In this document: positions 14,144 to 35,179 of the stretch, in pieces
Layout: every line of letters starts with the position of its first letter
Position numbering within the stretch: the stretch's first letter is position 1
Assembly (NCBI GenBank): GCA_039096225.1
Contig: JBBPEB010000005.1
Location: 682,001 to 746,000, forward strand
Reading direction: 5' to 3'
DNA: 64,000 bases
Source: Blastocystis sp. Blastoise
Lineage: Eukaryota; Protista; Bigyra: Opalinata
Position numbers and translations under genes: made by a program
The notes under the pieces: model-generated
The model's input: only the letters and a program-made list of their open reading frames with translations
Database searches by the model: none
What the model was told of the DNA's origin: nothing

Positions 14144-16316
14144 TTATTCAGACCATTCACTTTCATCAGAACTATCACTAGAACTTTCTTCATGTGCTGT
14201 TAATAATGCAAAACGTTTAGCCATAACATCTTTCATTAAATTATTAATAGAATTGGCTTCTTTTTCTTTCTCACGTTTAGCTTTTTCTTCTTCGATATTA
14301 ACTTTTCTTAAAGTACTACGATTGAAGTTGGCAACTTGAGAGAGAATATCCGATTGAGGATTGGAAGGAGTAGAAGGAGTAGAAGGAGTTTTTTCTTCAG
14401 ATTTAGGAGTATCTTGAGCGACTGAACGTAGTTGATTTCTGTTGAATCCTTTAACAGCTGATAATAGATCATTATGAGGATTGGGTATTGATGTTGAAGA
14501 AGGAGTAGTAGGTGATGTTATAGATGAAGTATCATTAGTATCATTATTAACAGATCGAAGTTTACTTCTATCAAAATTACGAATAGCAGCAAACATATCT
14601 GCTTGTGGATTTGGAGTTGAAGGAGTAGCAGTAGATACACTCTCATTAGGTTTAGAAACAGATTTAAGTATTTGACTACGATTATTATTTTTAATAGCAT
14701 CTAGTAGAGGATTACCTGAAGGAGGAGAAGTAGAAGAAGTGGATATACTTGGAATAGTAGTAGTAGTAGTGGAATCAGGAGTAGAAGAAGAATGAAGAAC
14801 ATTCGTACGTTTCGAATTCTTAATAGCATCTAATAGAGGATTACCTGAAGAAACAGGTTGAGAGGGCTGTTCTGAGGATACAGTAGTAGCATTAGTAGCA
14901 TTAGTTGCAGTAGAAACAGAAGTAGAGGAAGATACTTGTTTTTTAGGTTTAGAAGAAGTATCTTCTCCAAATAAAGAGTCAAATGATATTTCTTCTTCAT
15001 CCAAAGGAGACATTCCTTTCATTAAATCAAATGGATCATCTATATATAATATTTATTATATTTATTATATTTATTATATTTTTATATTTTTATATTTATT
15101 ATATTTATTATATAATATCATAAATCAAAATAAATATATTATATATTATATATATTATATATATATATATATACTACTAGTATTATTAATAGAAAGAAGT
15201 GATTTATTTGATTCTTTATTAAGATTGTTATTACTTGTATTAGGACTATTCTTTAATAGAGAAGTACTAGAAGTTTCAGGAGATATATGTTGATTCTTTT
15301 TCTCCACTTTCTTCTTCTTATCTTTTTGTGTCTATAGAATAAAAATAGAGTATTCGAAATAGTTTTCATAAATATATATAAATAATAAATTATTTCTTTA
15401 TATCGATTTAGAGATAATAAAAATACAGCTTCTTTAAAGAATGATGGATTTGAATACATAACATAAAGTTTTCCTTTCTATATGAATATATATTTATAAT
15501 AATTATAATAACTATAATATATTTAAAAGTAACAACAATAATAATAAAATATATATTTAAATACAATAATAATAATAAATATAATAAATATAATAAATAT
15601 AATAAATATAATAAATATAATAAATATAATAAATATAATAAATATAATAAATATAATAAATATAATAAATATAATAAATATAATAAATAAAATAAATATA
15701 ATAAACATAATAAACATAATATATACTTCTTCTCCTGTAACTTCTTCTAAAGCTGTGAAATCGGGAGGAGAAGAAGCAGCGTCGAAATCATCTTGAACAA
15801 CATCAGAACGAGGAATCGATTGTAACATCATATCAGAATTTTGAAATGTTTTTGTAGGTTCTATATATTATTATATATATATATCTATGTAATTTCTATT
15901 TCTAAAACATATAATATTTTTAAAAAAATGAAAATACCTAAGACTTCGTTGAACATATCTTGAATATCCTTGATTTCAGCTACTTTCTGTTCAACATCAG
16001 GATAACTCTCTTCAATATTCTTGATTTTCTGACGTAAAATGGCAATACGTTTTGAAGTATCTTTCACTTTATCAATTACTCTCGAATATACCTGAGATGT
16101 ATATTCAGAAACTTCAGCTATAAAATGAAAAAAAAAATAAAAAATAAAAAAAAGAAATGAATAAAACATACATAATTGTGAGATAATACCTATACCAGAA
16201 GCTACTCCAACAGAGAATAAAATATTCTCACTAGAACGATTTGGACTAGGCTGAGTATAACTCAATAATTTAGAATCAACATAAGACAAGGATGGTTTTA
16301 TTGTGACACTTGACAT
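14144..16316 (-). CDS. SCAR/WAVE-family Arp2/3 activator with five WH2-like repeats
   Basis: SCAR homology domain (GIISQLSEVS.., PPDF..LE, YSNPSFF), basic patch, WH2 repeats (LL.AI....R..LRSV/LRKV), central helix, acidic tail ending DESEWSE. Confidence 0.8.
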
Positions 16317-17316
16317 TCTATGCTACTTCTATGTATAACTAAACTAGAAATCTTCAAAAAGAATGAAGATAAATGAATAAGAACAGTAACAAAACATAAA
16401 CAGAGATCTTCTGTATAGATTTTCGAAAAACCTTGGGAATTCTTAAATGAATCACATGTTGAACTTTTAGACTGCTATTCCATTCTATATATGATGTAAT
16501 ACTTTTTGTAAAGAAGTAAATATAATGTAAATTGCGATGTAGATACTTAAAAAAAACAAGAAAAGGTGTATTAATTGTTTTCCTAAAAAAGAATGTAATG
16601 TGTTGTCTTATAACAGTTAAATTTTTATTAATTAATATATAAGATTCTGCTTAGACTGATTCTAATCAATGAACCAAAAAGATTTTTTTTGTGTAATGAG
16701 ATTTGTGTCAAAGAAAAATTGTTTTTATTTGCATAGAAATATTGAAATGTATGCTAAATCATAGTTATGATAATTGTATTATAAGAAAATATGTATTTGA
16801 TTCAAATAGTTTCAATCATTTCCTTTTTGTAGTGCTGTTTTCATTAGAAATGTCAAAAACATATATTCATCATGATAAAATATGTGTTTAGATTACAACT
16901 AATATTATTTTAAGAATTACTATACAAACAATGATTGTTTATAACTTGAAGTTAATTTTATATGGCTTTTTGCAATTCTTTTTCATTTTTTTATCAAAAA
17001 TATTCTATTCTATTCATTGAATCAATTATTAGATAGAAATGAGTACAATATCTATATTATACCTTTATAACTACTTAACACAATATTCTTTTTATAAAAA
17101 ACAAAAAATGAATGTTTTTATACATTCTGTTTTATATATATACGTGATAAAAATATTTAGCAATAAGAGTACATTATAGAATCAACTACCATTTTAAAAA
17201 CAATCACATTATTTAACAAATCAATAACATAGAGAAACAGAAGTTTAAAAAAAATTGTTTTTGTTTTTTTTCTATATTTCTTTTTGATAATACTCTTAAT
17301 TTAAGGTTATCAACAT

Positions 17317-18071
17317 ATGGAAGTCAAAAGAATGATTAAAAATATGATAGGGTCACTTTTGTCCGAGGTGCTCATCTTATGTGTTTTCTATGTTGTTGAA
17401 TATCTTGCATTTATGAACTACTCTATATCCTTTATGCTATAAAGATCTTACTTATTTGTTTTAAAATAATATTGTACCTTAATTACATAGGTTTCATCCA
17501 TAAAAAAACTCTATATCATAACAGCTGCATTTTACTTCACTATAAGGATTTCTGTACGTGTCATATGCATTATTTGGAAACCTCTCAGACAATATATTCC
17601 TAATGGTATGAATCATTTTCTAGTTTTTTAATTATTCTTTTATAGATATCGTGGTTGCTCTATTTCTCATTATCTTTGGACTTTTATATTCCACAAAGCC
17701 AACTTTATGGAATGATTTGTATGCTACTTTTAAATAACATATTATTATCCTATATATTGACAACTTAATATATATTATGTAATCTAACTATTTTTTAATA
17801 TAGTGATGTTTTTATAACAAGTGTATTACCTTCAGAACTAGGTAAAATTGTACATGATTGTTTGAAATATATGAAAACTAAGTTTTACTTTATACTCATG
17901 ATTTTCTTCTATATTGTTCCTGCTGTTATTGTAGTCTTTGTTATACAATATATATTTAGATTTGTTACATATCTTATTTCTTCATTATATACATATATTA
18001 TTGGATTATTCAAACCTACTACTATTGTCCGTGTTGAATCAGCAAGCAATATGAAAGAAAAAATGGATTAA
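17317..18071 (+). CDS. Small multi-pass membrane protein of unknown function, 4 exons (first intron U12-like AT-AG)
   Basis: Exons join in one frame with about 4 hydrophobic segments, ending at TAA 18069-18071. Confidence 0.6.
17425..17490 (+). other. U12-type intron, AT-AG
   Basis: Donor ATATCCTTT, branch TACCTTAAT, end TACATAG; phase 0 restores frame. Confidence 0.7.
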
Positions 18072-18533
18072 TTGGTATATATATAGTTATTTTATTATAT
18101 ATATATTTTTTTAAATATACAAGTATATGTCTTTGAGACATTTTCTTAAAAAAAAATCATTTTATTATTAGCGTTATATATATATGGTTTGATATTCATG
18201 AATAATTGTGTTGTGTTTAAATATATATATTTTCTTTAGTTTTTAAAGAAAATAAATAACAATATATATTTCATATTATAATCTATTTTTCATAAAATAT
18301 TATGTTTCTAAGAATTTTGTTGTTAGTTTATTATATACTCTGATTACAATTAGAATGTATTAATGTTGTCTATATTTTAAAAAAGAATTCATTTCATGAT
18401 TATTCAATTATTTTAAGTGTAATGACTGATTATAGGAATAAAAAAAATGTCATAAAAAGAAAAAAAAGTCTAAACGATATCCACAAAAAAAAAAAAAAAT
18501 TTTATTTCATAATTATATACAATTGTATATCTA

Positions 18534-19577
18534 TTAATTAGTAGTTGATTTCAATGAAGTTTCTTTAATAAATGTGTCTGCAAGTTTAAAAGCAGTAGTA
18601 TCAATATCATCAATTGATAATTCTAATTCTTGCCAACTATTCTATAGAAGTAATAGTAATAAATAGAATAATAAGTATAATAATAATTGCTTAATAAATG
18701 TAATAGATGATTATTAATATATATATATATAATATAATAATAGATGATAAGTAATAATAATAAATATATAATAAATATATACTAATAAATATATAATAAT
18801 AAATATATAATAATAAATATAATAATAAATATATAAAATATAGAATAATAAATATATAATAATAAAAAAAACATTATAATAATATATATACCTTAGTAAT
18901 ACATTTAGGGCATTTTTCTTCTAATAATTGCATCAATTTACCTAAGTCTTCAGAAGATAAAGTATATAAACTCTCTGTAAATTTTTGTTTTTCTGTAATA
19001 GATATTTCTCTATAAATATAATAATAATTAAAAAAAAAATTGTTTTATAATTATATATATTTTAAAATATTTATATAGTTCTTTACTTGACATCTTCAAT
19101 TCCTATATATAAAATCATAAAAACAAAAATTAATATATAAAAAAAAATAATGGTCTAAAACTAAAAAAAAATATATATACCGACTTCCTTTGCAATTTGA
19201 GCAAAACCTTCTTCAAATTGTTTGGAAAGACTCTTAGCATCGGCATAAATATCAGATTCATCCTATGTAGAACCAAAATTAGAATCAATATAATTAATAG
19301 AAATATTTTAAAATATAATTAATATATATACATCGTTATAAGTCATGCAATTTCTCCAGATGAGTCTCATATCGAATGCAAATTCATGAATATCTTTGTA
19401 TTCACCATTAGAAAGCTTCTTACTAACTGTACCTAAATCCATAGGTTGTTTAATGATCTTTGGATAATCAACAAGTCCCCATTCCTTCCAAGGCACTGGC
19501 TCCAAGAAATTACCAGCTTCTTCAATAGCAGAGATCTTCTTAAGGAGTTCCGAACATTTACTGAAAGCTACATCCAT
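18534..19577 (-). CDS. Bromodomain + ET domain (BET/GTE-like) protein, 5 exons incl. 16-nt micro-exon 19087-19102
   Basis: FLEPV..DYPKIIKQPMDLGTV..DMRLIWRNCMTYN; ET: ISITEKQKFTESLYTLSSEDLGKLMQLL..ELELSIDDID. Confidence 0.9.
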
Positions 19578-20471
19578 TTTAGGGTTCTATTGTGGAAGTA
19601 TTTTGAATGAGAAAAAATCACTTTTTGAATCAACAATTCACTTTTTTCAAATTTTCTGTTCAGATTGAGAAATAATCTTGTTATTTGAGCAAAATTTATT
19701 TTTCTTCTTATCATCATGAATATCAATTGCTATTTAATGTATATGGTTAAAAAAGTATAAAAATATCTTGAACTATATGTGAAACTATCTGAATTATGTC
19801 AATTTTAAGTAATTTCTTCCATTCACATAAAGGAATATACAGTGACTTCATAATACAAATTTCATAACAAACATAATTGTTTGAACATATAGTGAAAATA
19901 TATCTATTGTATAATAGATTCATGATTATTTTTTCTCATTTTGTTTCATTTAATGTATTTATTTTGATTGAACTAGTTGATTGAAGGTCTGATATAGCGT
20001 TAACATAAAATTATTTTGAAAAACACAAGAAAAATGAATGAGAATCCCATTCATTTTCATAAAAAATAGTTTTAATTTATTTATTCAATTGATGCAGCGC
20101 ACTGTAAGTTCGTTTATGCACTTGATTAGTAAGAATAAGAGATACACCATCTTGATTATGTCAAAAACAAAGATTCTAGTCTATTCTTCATATAATATAT
20201 GCAGAATGGAATAGTAATTAACTGAGAAATATTTATATGAGAAAGAAAACAAAAGAAGAATTGATTAAAAACAATTGTTCTACTTCTGTTTCTAAGTTGG
20301 TTCTAAGTAAAAAGAATAAATGAGAAAAAATGTAAAAAGACACTGGAATTTCTGATTTTTTCATTTTTTTTGAGTCAATTAAGCATTGCACTGACCATCA
20401 TGTTTCAAATGTTTTTGTAAAGAAAATTCATTATTTCTGTTATTGTCTTGATCTTTAGGACATTTTTTTAG

Positions 20472-22872
20472 ATGAATAAGAATATTATATGCGTCTTAGC
20501 TATACTTTGCTTTGCAAATGTTTTTGCAAGTGAATATGTTGATTCTAACATCTTTGATTCCTATTCAAAGTTATTAAAGAATCCTTCTAACTTCAAAACT
20601 CTTCCTAGTCTCTACAATGCTATAAAATTATCGAACGATCTTCAAGTTAGAATAAATGCTCCTAAGTGTTCTGATATTAAATTTGATGTTAGTACATCTA
20701 AAAATGCCTTTTACTCTACATATATTGCTAAACAACTCAAATGTGATGATCTTCAAATCAATTCAAAATATCCTGCTTTCACTCTTGAAGAACAATATTT
20801 CGCTTCTCTTTTAAATCAACTTTCTGATAATAGTGATAATGTATGTTTTAACTCATTTTATTAATCTTTATTTTTTTTTGTGTTTTTTAAAAAAATAATT
20901 ATATATATTTTTTAATGGTATACATGTTGAATTTTAAATAATTTAAGTTATATATAATTATATGTATATATAAATGACAACTATATATATATATGATAAC
21001 AATACTTTATAATACTATTCTATATATATATAGGTAGCTACAAAGACTATAGAAGTAATAAAACCTTGTATGAATAAATCCGGCTGTTCTTTATCTCTTA
21101 ATGATGTTTCTTATGCTTTTAAAATATTAGAACAATATTATTCCTCTTGTTCTACTATTATTCAAGAAAATATTATTAATCTTATTCCTCATTTTGCTGA
21201 AATTGCTAATCTGTATATATATAGTTTAGCAATAATGTTTATACTATTATTGTTTGTATTCTTTTAAATTATGTATTTGTTTATTCTTTTATTATACATT
21301 TAAAAACTATTTTTATTATTATTGTTTTTTTTTATTTAATATAAATTTATTCTATATATATATATATATATATTCTCTATATATATAGTAAGTCTTCTTC
21401 CAATGATGTATCATTAGTTGCTCTGAGTCGTTTAGCTGATAGTGCTTATCAATTTGGTATAAAGAAACACGATACTTTCTTTAATTCATTTGCTATTGAT
21501 TTCTTATATGCAAATACTATTAAGTCTATATATACAAATAATATTAATATAGCTTCTTATGTTACTCATATTATGAGTATTTTATCTTCAGAGAATAATG
21601 ATGGCTTATTTTATTCAATTGAAGAAGATGCTAATGTGATTAGCATTCGTCCTGTTAATTATATGGGTAGAATTACTAGTGATAACATGGAAATTCAATT
21701 AGATGAACAAGAAAAAACTGTATATATTGTTATTATATTTATTTGTGTTTTTATAAAGTTATTCTATTTATTTATTATTATTAGGGTTATTTTCTATTAA
21801 TATTTTTTTTTTTTGGTTTCTTATATATATATATTGTTTTTTTAAATATAAAAATAATCTTTTGATTTTTTTTTTCTTTCTCTATATATATATATATATA
21901 GGATTATGCTCATAGAAAAGGTATGTATTTTGTCCCTAAAATGGATGTTGCTCCTGGTTCTCATATATTACATATAAAGGTATATATATATATATATATG
22001 TATAATATATGTATAATATATGTATAATATATGTATAATATATGTATAATATATGTATAATATATGTATAATATATGTATAATATATGTATAATATATGT
22101 ATAATATATGTATAATATATCTATAGCATCCTAAGAAGACCACGAATTATATATTTATTGTTCAGAATGTTATATCGATAAAGAATTATTCTATTTCTGC
22201 TGAAGGTTCAGAATCCATTTCTTCTTTATCTCTTCCTTATATTACTCCTTCTATTCTTCCTACTATTGAAGATGCTGTTACTATGAATATTGAAATTAAT
22301 CTTATTAATCAAGAGGAACATAGTTATATTCCTACTTATAATGTTATTGATATACAAAAAGAAGGAAGTAAAAAATATACACAAATTGTACTTAAAAACG
22401 ATAATGTATGTGTTAATAATATATACTAATAATATATATTAATAATATATTATAAATATTTCTGCTTATAAACTATTAATTATATATATATATATATAGA
22501 ATGTTTTAAAGGGTACATTTAATATAATGTCAGATGAATTCAGTCATAACCTGAATTTCGAGTCAGGTACTTATTCTTTTATTCTTCATAGTGGTGATGA
22601 ATATACTACTCCTATATCTATAAAGATATATGATTGTATATTTACTTATCCCGATATAGATAGAACTATTCATTATCCGTTATATACTAAACCTTTAACT
22701 TATGAAAGTGATACTACTTTAGAACCTCTCCCTGAAATACATCACACATTTAATATAGATACGAAACAACCTTCTATTCTAATTAGTTATGGATATAGTA
22801 TAGCGGTTATTCTATTGTTTACTCTTTGTGTCCTTATCGTTCTCTCGAAATTCACTAAATCCATTCAAGTAT

Positions 22873-22922
<50 letters not shown>

Positions 22923-23276
22923 GGGATATTTATTATATATTTATGATTATTATAATAAATATAACTATATTATTCAATAACAATATTATTCTATTATTCA
23001 ATAACAATATTATTCTATTATTCAATAAGAATATTATCCTTTTATTCAATAATAATATTATTATATTATATAATAATAATACAAATATATATATATATAT
23101 AGATTCCTTCCTTCTTTAAATTGATTGCTATTTTAATCTTTATCGGATGTCTCGTTTTGATTGGCTGTTTATACTTCAAGTTCTGGTATGATTGGACAAT
23201 GTTTGATCTGTTAAGAACACTAATCCCTCTTCTTCTTATTACTGTTGTTGTAGGAAACCAAGCACTTAAAAACTAA
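20472..23276 (+). CDS. RPN2: Ribophorin II (oligosaccharyltransferase subunit Swp1/RPN2), multi-exon
   Basis: Signal peptide; PLPEIHHTFN..KQP followed by 3 TM segments, FWYDWTMFDLL..GNQAL C-terminus. Confidence 0.8.
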
Positions 23277-23278
23277 AT

Positions 23279-23310
<32 letters not shown>

Positions 23311-24035
23311 GATATATATATTCTTGTATATTTTTATACATATATTTATAAATTATAATAAACTTTATGTTATTGTTTTTTTTGCAGTTTTTTATTTGTG
23401 TAAATCATAATATTATGTTTATTATTTCTTTTAAATACTATATTTATATACATTCCTATTATTATATATCTATATATATTATATTTTTTATTTATTTATT
23501 TTTTTTTTGAAAACTTTATATTTAGGTTTATATAGAAACATTCACAATATAATTCAATATATATATATTTTTATAGAATTTTATACTCTTTATACTTCAT
23601 CATATATATTTTTATTTATTTATATAAATATTATACTATTCTTTACTTTTTTTTTAAAAATAAATATTATAATAACAACTTTTATATATTCTGTAGCTTA
23701 TATTTATTATATTACTACTCTATGTCTATGATTTGCCTTTTTCTTTTACCTCTTTATTTTTAATAATATAGAAATCAATTTTTTACAAAGTATCATATTA
23801 TTTTTCTTATTCCATAAAAAGGCACTCTTTTTAGATATTCATATAGTTTGTACATCATCAATAATGTGAACTGAATTATCTTATACAATAAAGGAAAATT
23901 TATAACAACAATACACTCATTTTTCAAATATTTTATTCTTTATTTTAAAACTTAATACTTGAATGATTCATTAACGTTATTTGGTTTTTAATCAATAAAA
24001 ATATTTTTGAAATTGGCTTTTCTAGATAACTTTCA

Positions 24036-24759
24036 ATGGCTGATCTTTTTGCAACACCGAATCTTGATCATATTTCTGATACAGATTATGAGGAAATGTA
24101 TATAGATTATATAAATATTGTTATCTAACTATTTCATTATTAGTTATGAACCATCAGACGATTCATTTGTGTTTCTCGATTCACTTGAAATGGAATACTC
24201 AAACATTCGAGATTCTAAACCTGATATAATTGTCGAAGTAGGTCCAGGTTCTGGAATTTTATCTACATTTCTTAGTCATGCATTAAGTATATGAAATATT
24301 TTGTATTATTATTTATATATTTAAATATAAATAGATTCAGAACAAGTTCAAATTACATTTGCTGTTGATATCAATCAAAAAGCTTGCTCAATTACAAAAC
24401 AAACTTTTGAACATAATAATGTATCTATATGATTATTTTCATTCTATTATACATATGAATCAATATAGATTAAATATGGAGAAGTAATTCAATCTGATTT
24501 ATTTCGTTGTTTTGGTCATAGATTAATGGTATTTCTTTTTTTTTTATTTCTTTTAAATACGTTTCATTTTATTTATTTATATCTTGAATTAGAATTCTAT
24601 AGATATATTATTATTTAATCCTCCTTATGTTCCATCACCACAAGAAGAATTGAATAAAAAGTAATATATATATATATATAAATATTTAAGTTGTTTCATT
24701 TTTTTAATTGTTTTTTTAATGTATAATTATAATTATATATTAAAAAATATAATTATTAC

Positions 24760-24819
<60 letters not shown>

Positions 24820-25347
24820 GCATAGAAGCAGCTTGGGCAGGAGGTAATGATGGACGTGTTGTTATTGATGAATTTCTACATTATATACCTGTATATATAT
24901 AGTTATATATGACTATATATATATATTTATTATGTATTGTATATATTCAATATTTATGTGCTTATTATTATATATTATATATTATATTCATATAATATAT
25001 ATAGTATTTATTGAGCTCAAAAGGTAGGTTATATTTACTTGTTGAGAAATTAAATAAACCACAAGAAATCATAGAAATATTACAATCGTTTGGATTTATT
25101 GTTTATGTATATATATTATAATAGTAATAATAAACATATAAATAAATGAACATATAAATAAATATACATATAAATATACATATAAATAAACATTAAATAA
25201 ACATATAAATAAATATACATATAAATATACATATAAATATACATATAAATAAACATATATATAAATATATATATATAGATTGTACATGAGAAACAATGTT
25301 TTAATGAAGTGATTTCTATTTTATGTGCTTATAGAAAAGATTTGTAA
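24036..25347 (+). CDS. N6AMT1: HemK2/N6AMT1/Mtq2 glutamine methyltransferase, 8 exons (absent from ORF track)
   Basis: IYEPSDDSFVFLDSL, VEVGPGSG, AVDIN, IDILLFNPPYVPS, AAWAGGNDGRVVID; all GT-AG in frame. Confidence 0.92.
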
Positions 25348-26209
25348 TTATTTTAAATATTTATTTTACCATATTCTATTTATAGTTTACTGTTCATTCT
25401 ATATTTTATAATTCTTTCTTATGTTATTATATTTATATTCTAAAGAAATATTATAATTTTTTTAAAACTAAAAGAAATGTATAACATTATAGTCATTTAT
25501 TTCATTAGAAATAATATATAATGAAATAATATTTTCATATAGTTTTTATTTGTAGTGTTTTATAATATATATTTTAAAATAAAACTAAGAATAAATGCAA
25601 TATAAGCAAATATTAATACAATAACTAAATAAATAAAAAAAAAATGGATTCATATAAAAGACAATAAAAGGTAAAGAACAATTCCTAGAAAAAATGTTAA
25701 AAAAATGAAGATATAAGAATAGAAAAATATATAGTATAATGAATATACATAGAATATTTAAATAAATAAGAAAAAAAGAGAATCATCACATGAATATATA
25801 TATATATATATATATAGCATCCCAACACATATTATAGAGTGAAATAAAAATTTAAAAATTTAAAAAAAGCACAGACAATAATAATAAATAATTTGTATGC
25901 CAACTAGAAGAAATAGTACAGGTAAAAATATAATATATATTTTTAATAAATAATATAAATATAAAATAAAATGAATATAACAACAATAAGAGTAATATAA
26001 AATAACACAACTATATACGTAATTGAACACAGTATATTATAAATTACAGTAAATAATTAATCTTATTAAACGAGAGAAGAGATTTATAATGTAATTAAAT
26101 TATATAGATGGATATATATGAATAACAAATAAATTCTTATTAAATATAAAGAAGAATAAGGTTGTGTTATTTATTATAATTTGACTTTTCTTTTGATTTA
26201 TTATGTTTT

Positions 26210-32841
<6,632 letters not shown>

Positions 32842-33124
32842 TATTTTGAGCTTTGAAAAGGACAAACAAAAATAACTCTTCTAGAGGATAATATTTGAAA
32901 AAATAATAACTTTTCTCTAGAAAAAAATGTGTATAACCACGGTGATTCAAGACTGTTCAGGCATTTTTTTGAAATTTTCAATTGTTTATTCTCATTCTCA
33001 TAATTATTCAATTATCGTTGTTCAACTCACTATTCTAACCCTAACCTAGCTTCTATTACATCAATTCACTAATTATGTAAATATATATGAAATCTAGCAC
33101 ATTATTCATTTATTAGTTGTTCAT

Positions 33125-34208
33125 ATGAGAGTCGATTTGGTCTATTCCATTGCTTTCCCAATTCTTTTTGTCTGTTGTACTGCGCTAAGCATAGTCTTAT
33201 CACTAATCTATAGCTTATGGTATCTTTTCTTATTATGGCCTTCATTTATCTTTTTCTTTTATTCAATTGGTTATCTCTTTGATCAGTATAATTAGTACTC
33301 TATGTTTTTATTAATTGGTTTTATTCCATATAGAAATTTAGCTCTATGGATGTATGGTAAAAGTCGTTCTACAGGTCGTATGTTCTTTTTAAACATTATT
33401 TTAATGTTTCCCTTTATGATTGTATTCACATTATTTGTGAGAATCAAACATCTTACAAAAGAAAAAGAAGAAAATCCATATGATAAAATTTTAGATACTT
33501 TATATGTAGGTCGTTATCCATTTTATAAATCTCTTTGGTGTCCTCAATGTAAAGGAGAAATAGATATTTGCTGTGAACTCCCTAGACCTACGTTTATTAA
33601 AGTAGATCAGTATATTTATAAATCATTTTTTTTTTTGATTTTTATTATATTTATATAATAGTATTTATTATTATTTTTATTATTGTTATAATAACAAATA
33701 TGATAAATATGATAAATATAATAAATATAATAAATATAATAAATATAATAAATATAATAAATATAATAAATATAATAAATAGAATCAACATAATAAATAG
33801 AATAATAATATTTATTTATTCTATATATATCTATTACCAAATAATCATTTATTATAATCACTAAATAATTATCTATATCTATTAACTATTAATTTCAATA
33901 TCTATAGTTATCTTTATATACCTGCATTAGATGCATTAGTACCTTCAACATTTGATTTAATAAAAGGAGCTGAATTAGCTATTACTTGGAATTGTCCTCT
34001 TTATGTTCATTGCATGAATGGCCATGGACGATCAGTTGTTTTTTGTTTAGTATATATGGTATTAACAGGAAAATCGAATACTATACTTGAAGCTTATCAA
34101 TATATTAAGAAAATAAGACCTCGAGTTGGTGTATTACCTTTTGTATTACAAAGAATACAAAGAGACCTAGATCTCTATTTAGAAAAGAAAAAGAAAAATG
34201 AAATTTAA
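33125..34208 (+). CDS. Membrane-anchored dual-specificity/tyrosine phosphatase (YnbD-like), 3 exons
   Basis: N-terminal TMs, GKSRSTG, PYDKILDTLYVGRYP, CELP, catalytic VHCMNGHGRS, IKKIRPRV. Confidence 0.85.
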
Positions 34209-34543
34209 ATTATTTATATATAACAAATCAACTTGTTTGGTAGTATTATTTAAAAGTAAAAATTTACTTAAATAATTCCAAATTGTTTTACTTTTTTTGT
34301 TTATTTATGTGTTGTATTTCATCTTTTGTTTTGTTTTCATAGTGATTAGTTATATGTAAAGAAATTATGATTTGTTTTCATATCTTAAAAACTATTATTG
34401 TTTATATAATATTTTATATATCAATTCAACAACAACAACAACAATTATTCGTATAAATAATAATTAAGTTTGAAACAATAGTATTTGAAAAGTGTAAAAT
34501 AATAAAAGCTAATAGTACACGTAAAAATCATAATAAATAATAA

Positions 34544-35028
34544 TTATAAAAGTTTAGCAATTGCTAGTTCTAATTCCATAATTTGTTTATCTTTAGCAGC
34601 AATAGTTTCTTCATAACTTTGATATATTCCAGGAGTAGAATAAGATTGTTCAGTTTGATTGTTCATTTGGTTCTTCATATCTTCTAGGTCTTTTTGAGCT
34701 AGTTGAAGATACATTTTCTTTTCAAAGAGTGCAAGCTCCGATTCGTTTAATTCTTTTCTTAATTTACTAATAGAAACTTGATCTTTCTTTATAACTTCTA
34801 ATAAATGACTTGATCTATCATTTTTTTAGAAGAATTTATTAAACTTTCTAATTCATCAATACGTTCTTGATACATAGTTTCTAATTCTTGAATACCATTA
34901 TTCTTATTTTTAATATATTCCTCCAATAACATTAAAATGTTGTTTGTTTTATCTTCTATAAATAATAAACTATGAACTATATCTAACTTACCAGAGGATT
35001 GACTATATGTAACTTGTTGATTTTGCAT
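34544..35028 (-). pseudogene. Truncated, frameshifted paralogue of the C-terminus of the adjacent coiled-coil gene
   Basis: YQERIDELESLI vs YQQRIDDFESLI; after A7 run (34821-34827) the -1 frame continues AQKDLEDMK..EETIAAKDKQI vs AQKELEDMK..EEIIANKDRDI; 3' flanks also similar. Confidence 0.6.
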
Positions 35029-35179
35029 TTTTATAATTTTTTATACACAATAAATAAAAAGATAAAACAGAAATTATGAAGATCTTTGAAGATTCATCAA
35101 CAACTGTATAGAGAATCTTCTGAAGATTCTTAACAGACTTTTTTTGGAAAAACAAGTTTTCAAAAGAGAGTATTTTTGA

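Noticed and set aside
24421-24468. GTATCT donor in N6AMT1 as U12 GT-AG intron
   Set aside because: No CCTTAA-type branch site
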